Source: Lama guanicoe (Eukaryota). Taken from it: a stretch of 64,000 bases of DNA. The translations under genes and the position numbers were made by a program. The stretch lies in NCBI GenBank assembly GCA_013239625.1, contig MU056050.1, positions 3,644,084-3,708,083 of the forward strand, given 5' to 3'. The notes beneath the pieces were generated by a model. The model saw only the letters and a program-made list of their open reading frames with translations. It made no database searches and was not told where the DNA came from. Shown here piece by piece: positions 28,301 to 40,399 of this stretch (within the stretch, counting starts at the first letter, position 1; each line of letters starts with the position of its first letter).

Positions 28301-28537
28301 TGTATAGGGGCAAAAAACTTTTCTCTTTGTCCCTTCTAGGTTCTTTGGCTGGTCTAGTAATTATATTGACATAAAACAAATTAACAGGAGAAAAACAAAG
28401 TTAATTTCTTATGTACAGGAGCCCCATAAAAATGAGAGACAAAGAGGTAACCAAAGAAGGCAGCTTTTATAACTTTTTGGACAAAGAAGCAATATATTTG
28501 TGAAGAACTGACAAGATGTAGAAGGGGTTTGGGCACC
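28301..28537 (-). mobile_element. Left part of an older LTR interrupted by the ERV; right part 32360-32563
   Basis: cccttctaggttctttggctggtctagtaattatattgacataaaacaaattaacaggagaaaa matches the start of 9321-9835. Confidence 0.65.
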
Positions 28538-28725
28538 CTAGATGATCCATTGAAGAGGAAAACCACTAAGATTCTCAATTTTGAACTCCAACAAATGCAT
28601 GCTCCTAAACAAAACCAAAACCCTCCTGGCCTCTGCTGCTATTGCAAAAAGCCAGGATATTGGAAGAATGACTGTTAAAATCTTATGCAGTCCAGGTGCC
28701 TTCAGCCCTCTAAGTAGCCTTTCCA

Positions 28726-30199
28726 ATGCCCTCCTTAATGCCTCCCACCCCCGCCCATGGTGGGACTCTGAGGAACTACAGGGTTTTCCCCCCAATTATT
28801 TCCCTTAATGAACTTCAAAAACCCACTCTCCAGATTAGGAATAAATATCTCTCTGTACTTACTGACACTGGAGTTACACTCTTGGTGCTTAACCTCACTG
28901 TTATTAAACAGCTCCTGCCTTGGAGTACTAAAATGGCTCAAACATTGGGGATTACAAATAAAACTCAAGAGGCTCCTGTTTCTAAACCTATCCCCTTCTG
29001 TTTAGGACCTCTAAGAGATACCCATTCTTTCTTCCTTAGTTCCTCCACCCCTGTTCATTTATTGGGCTGGTGTTTTTTAGAAAAATGGCATGCTGGAATT
29101 TCTTTCTCCCAAAGGGGGGAAATAATTCTAAAATTTAATAGTAGCAACCAAAATAGCCAACTAGATGAATCAAATGTTGAATCAAATTCAACATCTTTTA
29201 TTTGCCCTGTCTCTGACAGCATTAGAGCTAATTCTAAAGATACAAATCATTTGCTCCCATTGGATCAACTGCCACCCTCCTTATGGGTGAAATCCTCAAC
29301 AGATCTTGTCAGACACCACAGTGCAAATCTTTTTGAAGTCACTGAGGCAGCACCTTTGCAGCTACCTTGGCCCAACAGGCTGAATTATAGCTCTTACTTG
29401 GCTTGTACTCTAGCCAAGGGCAAAATTGCAAACTTCATACTGATATTTGGCATGCCCTTTAACATCAAGGTTTGGCAAATGGATTTTATTAAGCTTTCCC
29501 CATCTCATGGATATAAATATGTTTTAGTCATGATTTGTATGTTTTCCCACTGGGTCAAAGCTTCCCTATGTAGATAAGCTACTGCTTCTTCAATGTCTAA
29601 AAGCTGGGTTACCCCTCTTGAGCTCCAAAGTGACTGGGGAACCCATTTTACTGACCAAATATTACCTTTGTGCAGTTTTCCCAGACCTATAGCATTTTCA
29701 CCATGCTTATCATGCTTAGTCTTTAGGACTAGTTGAACAAACTATTGGTATCATTAAAATTCAATTGGCAAAATTTGTGGAGACCCTCCAAATACCTTGG
29801 CCAAAAGCATTGTTATTGATCCTTCTAAATCTCAGATCCACCCCTTTTGGAATGCACAAGCTCTTACCCTTTGAGATAATCACTGGGTGCCCCATGCATC
29901 TAGCTTCTGCCTCTTTTGATACACAATTAATAAAAGGAGATATACTTCAATATTGCAAAGGTCTGATCACATCCATTGAAAATAGCCATGCTTTAGTAGA
30001 GCAATATTTTCACAGCATGCTCCAGGGAGATGAAGACCTCAAACACCACACCTTACAGCCTGGAGATTATTGGAAAAGATATCTCCAGAAAGAGTCTCTT
30101 CAACCCAATTGGAAAGGCCCCTGCCAGGTACTGTTAACCAGCCCTTATGCTTCCAAACTCCAAGGTACAGGCTCTTGGATACATGTGGTGTATATATAA
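28726..30199 (+). pseudogene. ERV pro-pol remnant: protease, RNase H piece, integrase core and C-terminus; RT absent
   Basis: ORF 28726-29577 (VLTDTGVTLLVLN; PVHLLG; LACTLAKGKIAN; WQMDFIKLSPSHGYKYVLVMICMFSHWV) and ORF 29765-30199 (WPKALLLILLNLRSTPFG...PFEIITG...LQPGD). Confidence 0.9.
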
Positions 30200-30306
30200 A
30201 GAAAGCACCAAACCTAGACTGGACCTATATACCAACTGGTGACCTGATAATAAAGGAATTCCAGGAATTGAAGCAAATGACAGCTGATGGAGACAGCTTT
30301 CCCAAT

Positions 30307-31670
30307 ATGACCAGACCAGACCAGGCCTGTATACCCTTTTCTTTCTGTTGCTTCTTACCTTATTTTCTCCCTTTACTTCTTGGAAAGACATGTGCTCTTA
30401 TCCACATTTCCCAATCTACTGCAAAAGGGGGAAACTTTTCTGACTGTTGGATCTGTCACCAGAAACTCGAATCTATTCATGATGTTGATCCCCTGGTCTT
30501 ATCTGTAACCAATTTCTCTTTAATCCCAAATGCCACAGCTAATTATACCCACAAGCCTACGGATCTAACCTATCAGTTAGGCTATTATGACAGGGTGTTC
30601 CCATGCCTTATCTCAATCTTCCCCCAGTTATAACCATACTACTGCAACTAAACACCTCTACTTTTGTCGATTATATGAACTTCACTCTCCATGTCCTTTT
30701 TCTTATCCAAATATGGTTCCCTGCACCCAAGGGAAATAAAAATGAGCTTAATCCTCTTTGCAAGGTTTTTAGAAAAAAACATTTTTAGCATGGGTTGGTA
30801 CCTCAAAGAATGTCATTCCAATTCCTCTGATCCCTGGCTTGGAAAGGTCGATTAGATTATTTCAGCAAATGGATTTATCAATATCCAGACATCAGCTGGA
30901 GTCTTCTGTGCTCCATCTGGTTTCATTTTTGTCTGCAGTGAATGACATTTCCCATGGGTATATGAATGTTTAGCTAGCTGGCAAACTGGAGGTTAATGCT
31001 TATTAGTATATTTAACTGTCCCATAACAAATCAGAAGTCTCTCACTGGTCCACCCTATAAGCCTCCATAGCTGTCTTAAATGAGAGCTTCCAGGAGGCAT
31101 ACATAGCTCCAGGTTTGTCTCCATAGGGAGAGCTTTTCTCTCTTGGGTTAAAATGCCAGTGATTGCCCGATCAGAAATCTCTCCCTAATATAAGGAAAGC
31201 TAGCCAATTCTGTAGCCAAAGCAGTAGCATCCCAACAACAATCACTTGACTTGTTGGCTAAAGCAGTTTTAGACATTCACATAGTCCTTGACTACCTACT
31301 TGCTGAATAAGGAGGCATTTGTGAGATAGCAAATACCGTCTGTTGCACATGGATAAGTATCTCTCGAGAGGTAGAAACTCAATTACACAAGATCAGGGAA
31401 CAAGCAAACTGGTTACAATAAATTTCACCTGACTCTCCATGATCCTTTCATTTGTTCAGTTGGCTACCTTCAGGTCTAAGGTCTGGTTTAGAACTATCAT
31501 ACAAACTGGATTCGTTATATAACTTTCAATTCTACTTTGCATAATTATTTTTAAGTTTTGTAGCTATTGTCTGTCAAATCCTAGTAGAAATGACATACAA
31601 AAAGGTGATGCTAGTTTAATGCTTCAAGATGATCTCTAACTTTGATTTTGATAAGATATAGAATTTAGAT
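30307..31670 (+). pseudogene. ERV envelope (gamma-type), disrupted
   Basis: Hydrophobic signal FSFCCFLPYFLPLLL; SU SDCWICH (~30440); degenerate furin site LK*ELPGG (~31075); TM SLDLLAKAVLDIHIVLDYLLAE*GGICEIANTVCCTW (31242-31352); in-frame stops. Confidence 0.9.
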
Positions 31671-31880
31671 GGAAAATGCCTGAGGGTGCTCCCTCATAGC
31701 CTTCCTTGTTATTCTAATGTGACTTCAACAGTTTCCAATCTGTACACTTTCTCTCTAACACGAACATGACAAGGACCAGTAAATGTCCCTCCTGGAACCG
31801 AGGGACAAAACCATTAAATGTGGAAAACCTGACTTGATCAGCAATGCTTCTGAGGAAAAATCTTGATTAAAAGGGGAAAA

Positions 31881-32296
31881 TGTAAAAAATCAATAAAGGA
31901 AAACCTCATTCAAAATGGAGTAGGAAAACCCTGAAGGGGAAGCTTTCACACACATGCCACTCTCACAGCTAACTTTACATATTCCAGCAGGCAGAAGTTT
32001 ACTTTACATACCCCAGGCAGAAGAAGGAAGACTTTCTCTTCACCCAGCAACAACTTAGTCAATGAGAAACTGTCATAACTCAGCCAATGAGAAGCTGCCA
32101 CAACTCTGAAGTCCTACTCCCAATGAACTTTCATCCAAAACAATCCCTTCCAACTTCCTCCTTTCTTCTATAAAAGATCACTCCACTTCTTTGTTCTCTG
32201 CTTGCTTATGATTTGCCATAGTTTGCATGTCCTAAATTTAATTCCTCTGCTATTCCTGAACAAACTCAATTTTGCTGGCTAAACTATTTAATTATT

Positions 32297-32359
<63 letters not shown>
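31881..32359 (+). mobile_element. 3' LTR of the ERV, with an (ATTT)n expansion in U5
   Basis: Follows the PPT and begins TG; duplicated CCAAT-like boxes (agtcaatgagaaactg, agccaatgagaagctg); TATAAAA 32169-32175; ends ..ttttaca. Confidence 0.8.
32292..32356. repeat. (ATTT/ATTTT)n microsatellite
   Basis: Direct reading. Confidence 0.95.
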
Positions 32360-32362
<3 letters not shown>

Positions 32363-32563
32363 AGTCACTGATAAGGATGCCTTATACCCTGTTGATATAG
32401 GGAGGGTACCTTTCACATGGGATATTTATTTTTTGCTTTTACGAGGACAAAGAGCGGTCAGGGCTTCCTTCTTGCACTGGCTGTTTCTTAAGTAATTTTA
32501 ATTCAAAGTAATAAATATGCCAAAGTAGCATATTTTGGGGTGCCATATTCTGGTTTCCTTTAC
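32360..32563 (-). mobile_element. Right part of the older LTR split by the ERV
   Basis: aatatgccaaagtagcatattttggggtgccatattctg matches the ends of 9321-9835 and 7540-7968. Confidence 0.65.
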
Positions 32564-32839
32564 CTGGTTCCCACTGCTTCTCCAACATACAGCCTTATCA
32601 CCTTCCCCACACCAGTAGTTTAAGCATAGCCTTCTCTCTCAAGTCTCTCTCAACACTGTCTTGCCTCTTTTCTTGGTTCCGATAGATCCCAGGCTTGCAC
32701 CCTAGGTACCTCCCTAAACTAAGTGTCTTGCAGCTCCAGTCTCCTCCAGTTCAATACCCTCCCTCTCTCAGAAGTCCTCTGATCTTCTCTTGACTCATTC
32801 TTCCTTTTAGAGCAGGAGTGTGTGTGTCGGTGCAGCCCC

Positions 32840-34777
<1,938 letters not shown>

Positions 34778-34787
34778 TTTCAGGAAG

Positions 34788-35136
34788 GTAAGTAAGAGTG
34801 GAAACACTCCAAAGAAAAACCAATTTCTTAAGACCACACTCCCTCCTTTTGATCAAAAAGTAACTCACTTACTTCAAAGAAAATTTGAAAACCAAAATTA
34901 TAATATAGAAAATTAAAATAATGCATTATGCCATTACCCAAGCTAAGCACTTTTTTAGTCATTTTGAGTACACACACACACATATATATATAATATATAT
35001 TTATATTCTTATTTCATACATTTATTTTAACAAAGTAGACTACTTTGAGTATCACTCTTTTAAAATAGGGGCTTTCACAAATAAAATAAAATAAAATAAA
35101 ATAGGGGCTTTCTCCTAATTGTATGTAAGTTTGCAG
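34788..35136 (+). other. Putative 3'UTR intron of the TEX13 gene
   Basis: Consensus donor AAG|GTAAGT 10 nt after the TAA; candidate branch ctaat ~35115 and acceptor tttgcag|G at 35136. Confidence 0.45.
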
Positions 35137-36927
35137 GTGCTGGATTCTGGATGGCTGATGCTGACTGGTTGGTGCCCTGGAGAAGCTGAAGTCATGAAGA
35201 CTTTTTTCACTCCTGTCTGTCTTCTTATTAACCTTCTTTTCCTAAAAATGCCATATCTTTGGCTGAGAACAGCCATGTGTTTTTAGAGTTATAAGCTATA
35301 TTGAATTTTAGGAGTACTGCTTTTCCTCGCAAATGCTATTGTTCATTTGTAAAGTACTGCAGTGTTCATGTTTACTTCCTGTTTTTAAGTTTCATAGGTG
35401 AGGGTCTGTTTCTGTGTCTCTGAGCCCCCACAGAATTTGCTTGTTGCTGAAGAATCTGAACCTATCTATCACATTAGAAGATCTCCCAAGAGCCTAAAGA
35501 AATAACTCCCTGTTTCTGACTGACCTGCATCTCAGTGAGAACCCCTACCCCCACTGGCTAGAGCCAAGCAGAGTGAGAAGTCAGGGAAGAAGAGATGCTT
35601 TGGCACTCAGGGGGAGAAGAGGGGCAAAATAGTTTTGTTAGGATTTAATTTCTCTCTTGGGACAAGAAATTAATTCAGAAGTGTTGGCGTGGCAGGGTGG
35701 TGGGGTACAATGTTAAATTCTATAGATGACAGCAATTTTGATGTATTTCAGTTAATTAATTAAACAAATAGTTATTGATTGCCTAGTGTATGATAGGAGC
35801 TAGAATTATATAGTATTATCTGGTGCACACATAACTCTTTTTGGTGAGTTTGGTTAGATGACAGGAGAGAGCATAATTTGAGATACATTATGGATTGGAG
35901 GTGACTTCTTTGTCTTGCATGTAATGTGGTCTTCAGGTAAATCTAATTGACATGATATCCAGATATCGCTGCAGTTCCGGGAGCAACGTCAAAGAGACTT
36001 TCATGGAGGTACTTAATTGCTGAACTGCTCATCTCATTGGTCCCAGGTGAGACAAATGAGTACTGGCAAAGAGGTCGGGAAAGTGACCTCACAAAAGTGC
36101 AGGCAGGACTTTTCTCATACTCTTCTGATTTCCTCTCTTGAGAGGGACAGCTAGTTTTCTGTTTGCCTGAAAGACCACTGAGTGACTGTCTTAAAGAAGG
36201 ACAATACTTGGGGGAGTGTTGGCTACACACTGGAGCCCTCAGTCACGGCTGTCTCCATCCGAAGTCCCTTTACAGTCAAGCGTGGATGAAGAACAAAATG
36301 AATTCCAAGGACAGACATTGCAATTCTCTTGGGAAGTCTAATTGGATTAAAAATAGAACTGGACTGGGACACTCTTGAGAATGCCCCTGGGCCCTTCTCT
36401 TCCACTTGGTGTTGTTCTCTGCAGGCTCTGCTCCCCTGAGGCAGTTGCTGCAAGCCAGGGGAAGCCAGGGTGGAGCCCAGGGGATGGCAAGTTAGATCAG
36501 CCTCCAGTCTGAACAAATGGTGTCCTTCAGTTCCCCCAGCAGATCCCAGTTTACCAAGCTCCACCTTTGTCAGAGGTTTTCTGACTCTTAATAGTAATAA
36601 AGAGTGTGCACTTACCTGCTGTGTCTCCTGTGTAGTGTGTGTCTGGGGGCAGGTTTGCTCAGAAGCGGCAGTTTAAATGTGCCTCTTCTCTCCATCCCTT
36701 TGAGGTGAAGGAGAGTTCAATCTCATTCACTATTGAAAGGCCCCGCCTCTTGTCAGTTAGCCAAGAATGGGAGCGGGAAGGGCCTTCTATGGGGCTTTCA
36801 ATCCATTGTGATTGTCCCTGGTACTCTCAATATACAAGTCTACATAGTCCCTTGAGGGTGGGCATGTGTGCTTCTCCAGGGCGGGTGAGGGTTGGAGGGG
36901 GTTTGCCAGTGCTGGAAGCCCTGATAC

Positions 36928-37734
36928 CTAGGGCCCAGTCTCCCTACCTGCACCATGCAGCCATTTCCCTCTGGGGCTCTGCCTTCTCCCTGGGGTCCTG
37001 GCAGGGAGTAAGGAGTGCTTAGGTATCATAAGCAGTATTCTCCTATTTCTTTCTGTTCCCTGAGTTACTCCTCTTTCCCTTAGCATAATTAGGTCAAAGT
37101 GGTCAGGATTATAGAAAACCAAATACAGGTTGGCAGCATAAACCTCCCCTGGGTTAAGGGGAGCAAAGATCTGGCCACCTTCTTGTAATGGGTATGGTAA
37201 GATGAGGGGATGGACAACAAAAATGACCCTGTCATACCAGAAATCTCTTCTCTCAGAAATAAGTTGAACAGTGAGAGCCTTGGTTACCTGGGATAGGAAT
37301 GCAGGAAAGAAGAGGGCTGTTGGGGGAATAAACATGTAACTGAGGGGTAGGAGAGGAGAGACTGTAATTATTTTGTAGATCCTAATGTCCTCTGTACATC
37401 TTCCAAGATGGACATGTGCTGTTATTTTTCCTGCTGGATCTAAATTCAGTGCTGATGCAGCAGAGGAAAAGTACAAATAGTGGTGGAGAAAAGGAGGAAA
37501 GAATTGGCCCTGGCAGCCCCTGCTGCCTTTATTGATGGTAGGGCTGGGCCTGCGTGCTGCTCCCTCACAGGCACTTACAAAGATGGTGGTGTTAGAGGAG
37601 GGATATGGGTATTTCTCTGAGCAGGAGAGTGCAGGGGAGGTGGGAAGAGGCCTTTTAGATCCTTTGGGAGCTTCATAGCAAGAGAGGCAAAATTCTGCGT
37701 GGAGCAAGTGAAGGATCATAGCAATATTCCCCAC
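36928..37734 (-). pseudogene. 268-codon ORF, candidate Ty3/gypsy Gag-derived (RTL/SIRH/Mart-like) gene or relic
   Basis: Longest ORF outside TEX13 and the ERV; first ATG 37719 with G at -3. By-eye motifs resemble RTL8/LDOC1 and PEG10 capsid regions (see findings). Not confirmed by HMM. Confidence 0.35.
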
Positions 37735-38699
37735 TCCACCTCCTCACCCATTCTATCACTGCATACCTGCTCCTGGACCCTATACTGGAGCAGTGCCTTC
37801 AAATTCCCATTCCCAGTTCCACAGTTAATATACCATCTATTATTTAACTGCTTCTACTCCCACTAGCAAAAGCAGAATCAGAAGGGCCTCAAATAAGAGC
37901 ACTTCCTGTGAGAGCATCTACTGATCACATGTCAGCAGGTGTGGGTTATGGAAAAAGTCCCTGTAGTAGTAAGAGGTGGCAGCAGCTTCAGTGGCAGAAG
38001 GGACAGGAACAAAGCGCTCAACATTCCTTAAGATCCCTTAGGGATGAGAGAACTGTACCTGATAAAGACTATAGGACTGGAATGATGAAAAGTAGTGAGA
38101 AATGATTCCTGGGATGCAACCGTGCTCCAAATGAAGGAGATGTCTGATCCTGGACAGGAGTTCTATCTTCTTTGATTTCAGAAATATGAGAGAACCAAGG
38201 AGATCTGAAATAAAATAAATCAATTTCCTGAGTACATCTCTGATTATAAATGTAGCTTAATTTCACTTTAGAAAAATTAGAAAACAGAAAAAGTAAAAAA
38301 AGATTCAACCACCACTAGAAGTACCACTGTTCTTATTTTTATGTATTAAATTTCATATCTGTGCACACACACAGATCGGCATGATAGGTTTTTTAAAACA
38401 TCCTTTATACGGAATTGCACATGTTTTATAGCCTTATTTTTTATCATGGTAAAAAAATGAGATCTACCCTCTTAACAAAATTTTAACTGTAAAATTTAAC
38501 TATACTGTTAACTATAAGCATAACGTTGTACAGTGGATCTCTAGAACTTTTTCATCTTGCATAATTGAAACTTTATATCTATAGCCTAATTTTAAGCTAA
38601 CATACTCATTTATTTTTTCTTTTACACCTGGGTTCCCCAATGTTGGAGACCCCTTGTCCCAAACTCTAAAGAATCTGGCTCATGCCACCTATTAAGCAA

Positions 38700-39790
38700 A
38701 CCTCAATCCTCCTCGATGCTTCCCCTCCTACAAGGAAACACCGTGCAGCGCCGCCCCGCTCAGGGCCCTTGTCAGGTGTCCAGGACAGAGCTCTGGCTCA
38801 GAAGCTGTGCAGGGGCAGGACTGCCCAAGACCAGGACAGGGGAGTGAACTGCACACGCAAGGGGCACAAGTCTCTCCTTCCAGGAGGCTGACGGCCCTGG
38901 GGCAGTGACGTGGGCCTCTGGCCCGGAACCCTGGGGCCCCAAGGTACAAGGCCAAAGCAACCCGAATGCACCCGTTCCATTGTACAGCCTTGGGGGCCAC
39001 TTGTTTCTGCCAGCAGTATCGAGGAGTCTAGAATTCATTCCAGGAGACTGCTGACTTTACCTTGAGCCTCTCCCCTGAAGAACAGACACAGGGTGTTGCT
39101 TTCTCTTTCGGATCCAGCCCAACTGCCAGCATCCTGAGTTGGAGAAGCTGGCCCCTTTACAAGTTCATCACGAAATGTTCTATGTTCTCTTTTTAAACAC
39201 CATAGGGTTCGCCTGCGGGCCGGGGGGAGGGCCAGGGCCTGGTCCGGGTGGTTGGAGTGTGGGGTTTCCTAGAAAGGTAAAAACGGTACAGTTGGAGCCC
39301 GGAGAGTATACTTTGTGGCTTTATGGGTGTGTGGAGATGTAAATGTGGTTACAGATGGAGGAGCAGGGAGAGGATGGGTATAGATGCGCCGACTGCCATA
39401 GGTGATTCAGAGGATGGCTAAAACACGCTCAACGTGCGGCCACGGAGGAAGCCAAGTCTCGCGGGATCATGCGGGATCTCGCGGGATCATGCGGGATCTC
39501 GCGGGATCCCCGGAGTTCTACGAGAGCTTGCAGGGGAGTACCAGGATGAGACACGCCTCGGTGCGGCGGACGCCGGAAGCCTGTCGTCCCAGACTCTTGT
39601 CCTTAAGGAGTCTGACTCACATCACTTATATCAAGCAAACTCCATCCTCATTGATGTCTCGCTCCCCTCCTCAGAGCCACAGTGTGGCGCCTCTTCCCAG
39701 GAGTCCAGTGGCCAGGTATTGGGGACTGGGCTGAGGCCCGGAGGCTGTGCAGGGCCGGGACCGCCAAGGCCAGCACGGGTGAGTGAACTG
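38700..39790. promoter_or_regulatory. Second (orphan) CpG island, probable promoter/first exon
   Basis: CpG-rich block; TGACGT ~38906, ETS ccggaa sites, three tctcgcggga motifs; + donor CGG|GTGAGT at 39779 where GC content collapses. Confidence 0.6.
39457..39512. repeat. Tandem 10-bp (gcgggatc+at/tc) array, 20-bp higher-order unit
   Basis: tctcgcgggatcatgcgggatctcgcgggatcatgcgggatctcgcgggatccc. Confidence 0.95.
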
Positions 39791-40399
39791 TGCATGCGTT
39801 GTATTAATACTAATATACTAATATTAATTCGTGGACAGCATATACAAAAAAGTATGTGATAATATATTCCCATGAGCCCTAACTACGAGAGACTGGGGCG
39901 ACTCACAGTTACAAAACCTGAGCAATTTGTGAGGGAGTAAGCGTAGAGAAACAATGCATCATCTGACACACCAGAAAATAGGAAAACCCTAAAACACTCT
40001 GCGAACTGAAGTACTTTACCAAGTACTTACTAGAAAACACAGTGGACCAGTTTGAGAAAAGCGAGAGGAACTGGAATGTGTGTAAATGACATGTGATAAG
40101 GTGGACGGGTTTGCATCATCTAGGCATTATGAACTCTCAAATCTGTAGCGCAAGCTCCCTTCCAGGACAAACCCACACTGAGAGGAAAGATGGCATTCTG
40201 CTCTGTATTCTCTTTTATTTTTATTTTTATTTTTATTTTTTGAAGTTCAACTTGTATTGTCTTTTATAGTAACTTTGGATTTTTTCTTCTGTTATTTTCT
40301 GTACTCATTTTTAAATGAAATTAGTTTTCTGGAACTTTTGGAAGGAAACATAGTTCAGCAGAGCTTTTCCAACATCTTGAAGCTCCAATCTGTTGTTTT

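Larger units (their letters stand above)
28538..32359 (+). mobile_element. 5'-deleted gamma-type (ERV1) provirus: gag end, pro, deleted pol, env, PPT, 3' LTR
   Basis: Gag knuckle CCYCKKPGYWKNDC (28634-28675), protease DTG (28864), integrase WQMDF..YKYVLV and GPY-like WKGPCQVLLT, env CWIC/ISD/CX6CC, PPT 31869-31880, LTR TG..CA. Confidence 0.92.

Noticed and set aside
30307..31670. Env as an intact syncytin/HEMO-like domesticated gene
   Set aside because: Multiple stops and frameshifts, including in the furin site and ISD.
39434..39859. 141-aa + strand ORF in the second CpG island as a protein-coding gene
   Set aside because: Non-ATG start, partly built from the tandem array, runs through the splice donor, no recognisable domain.
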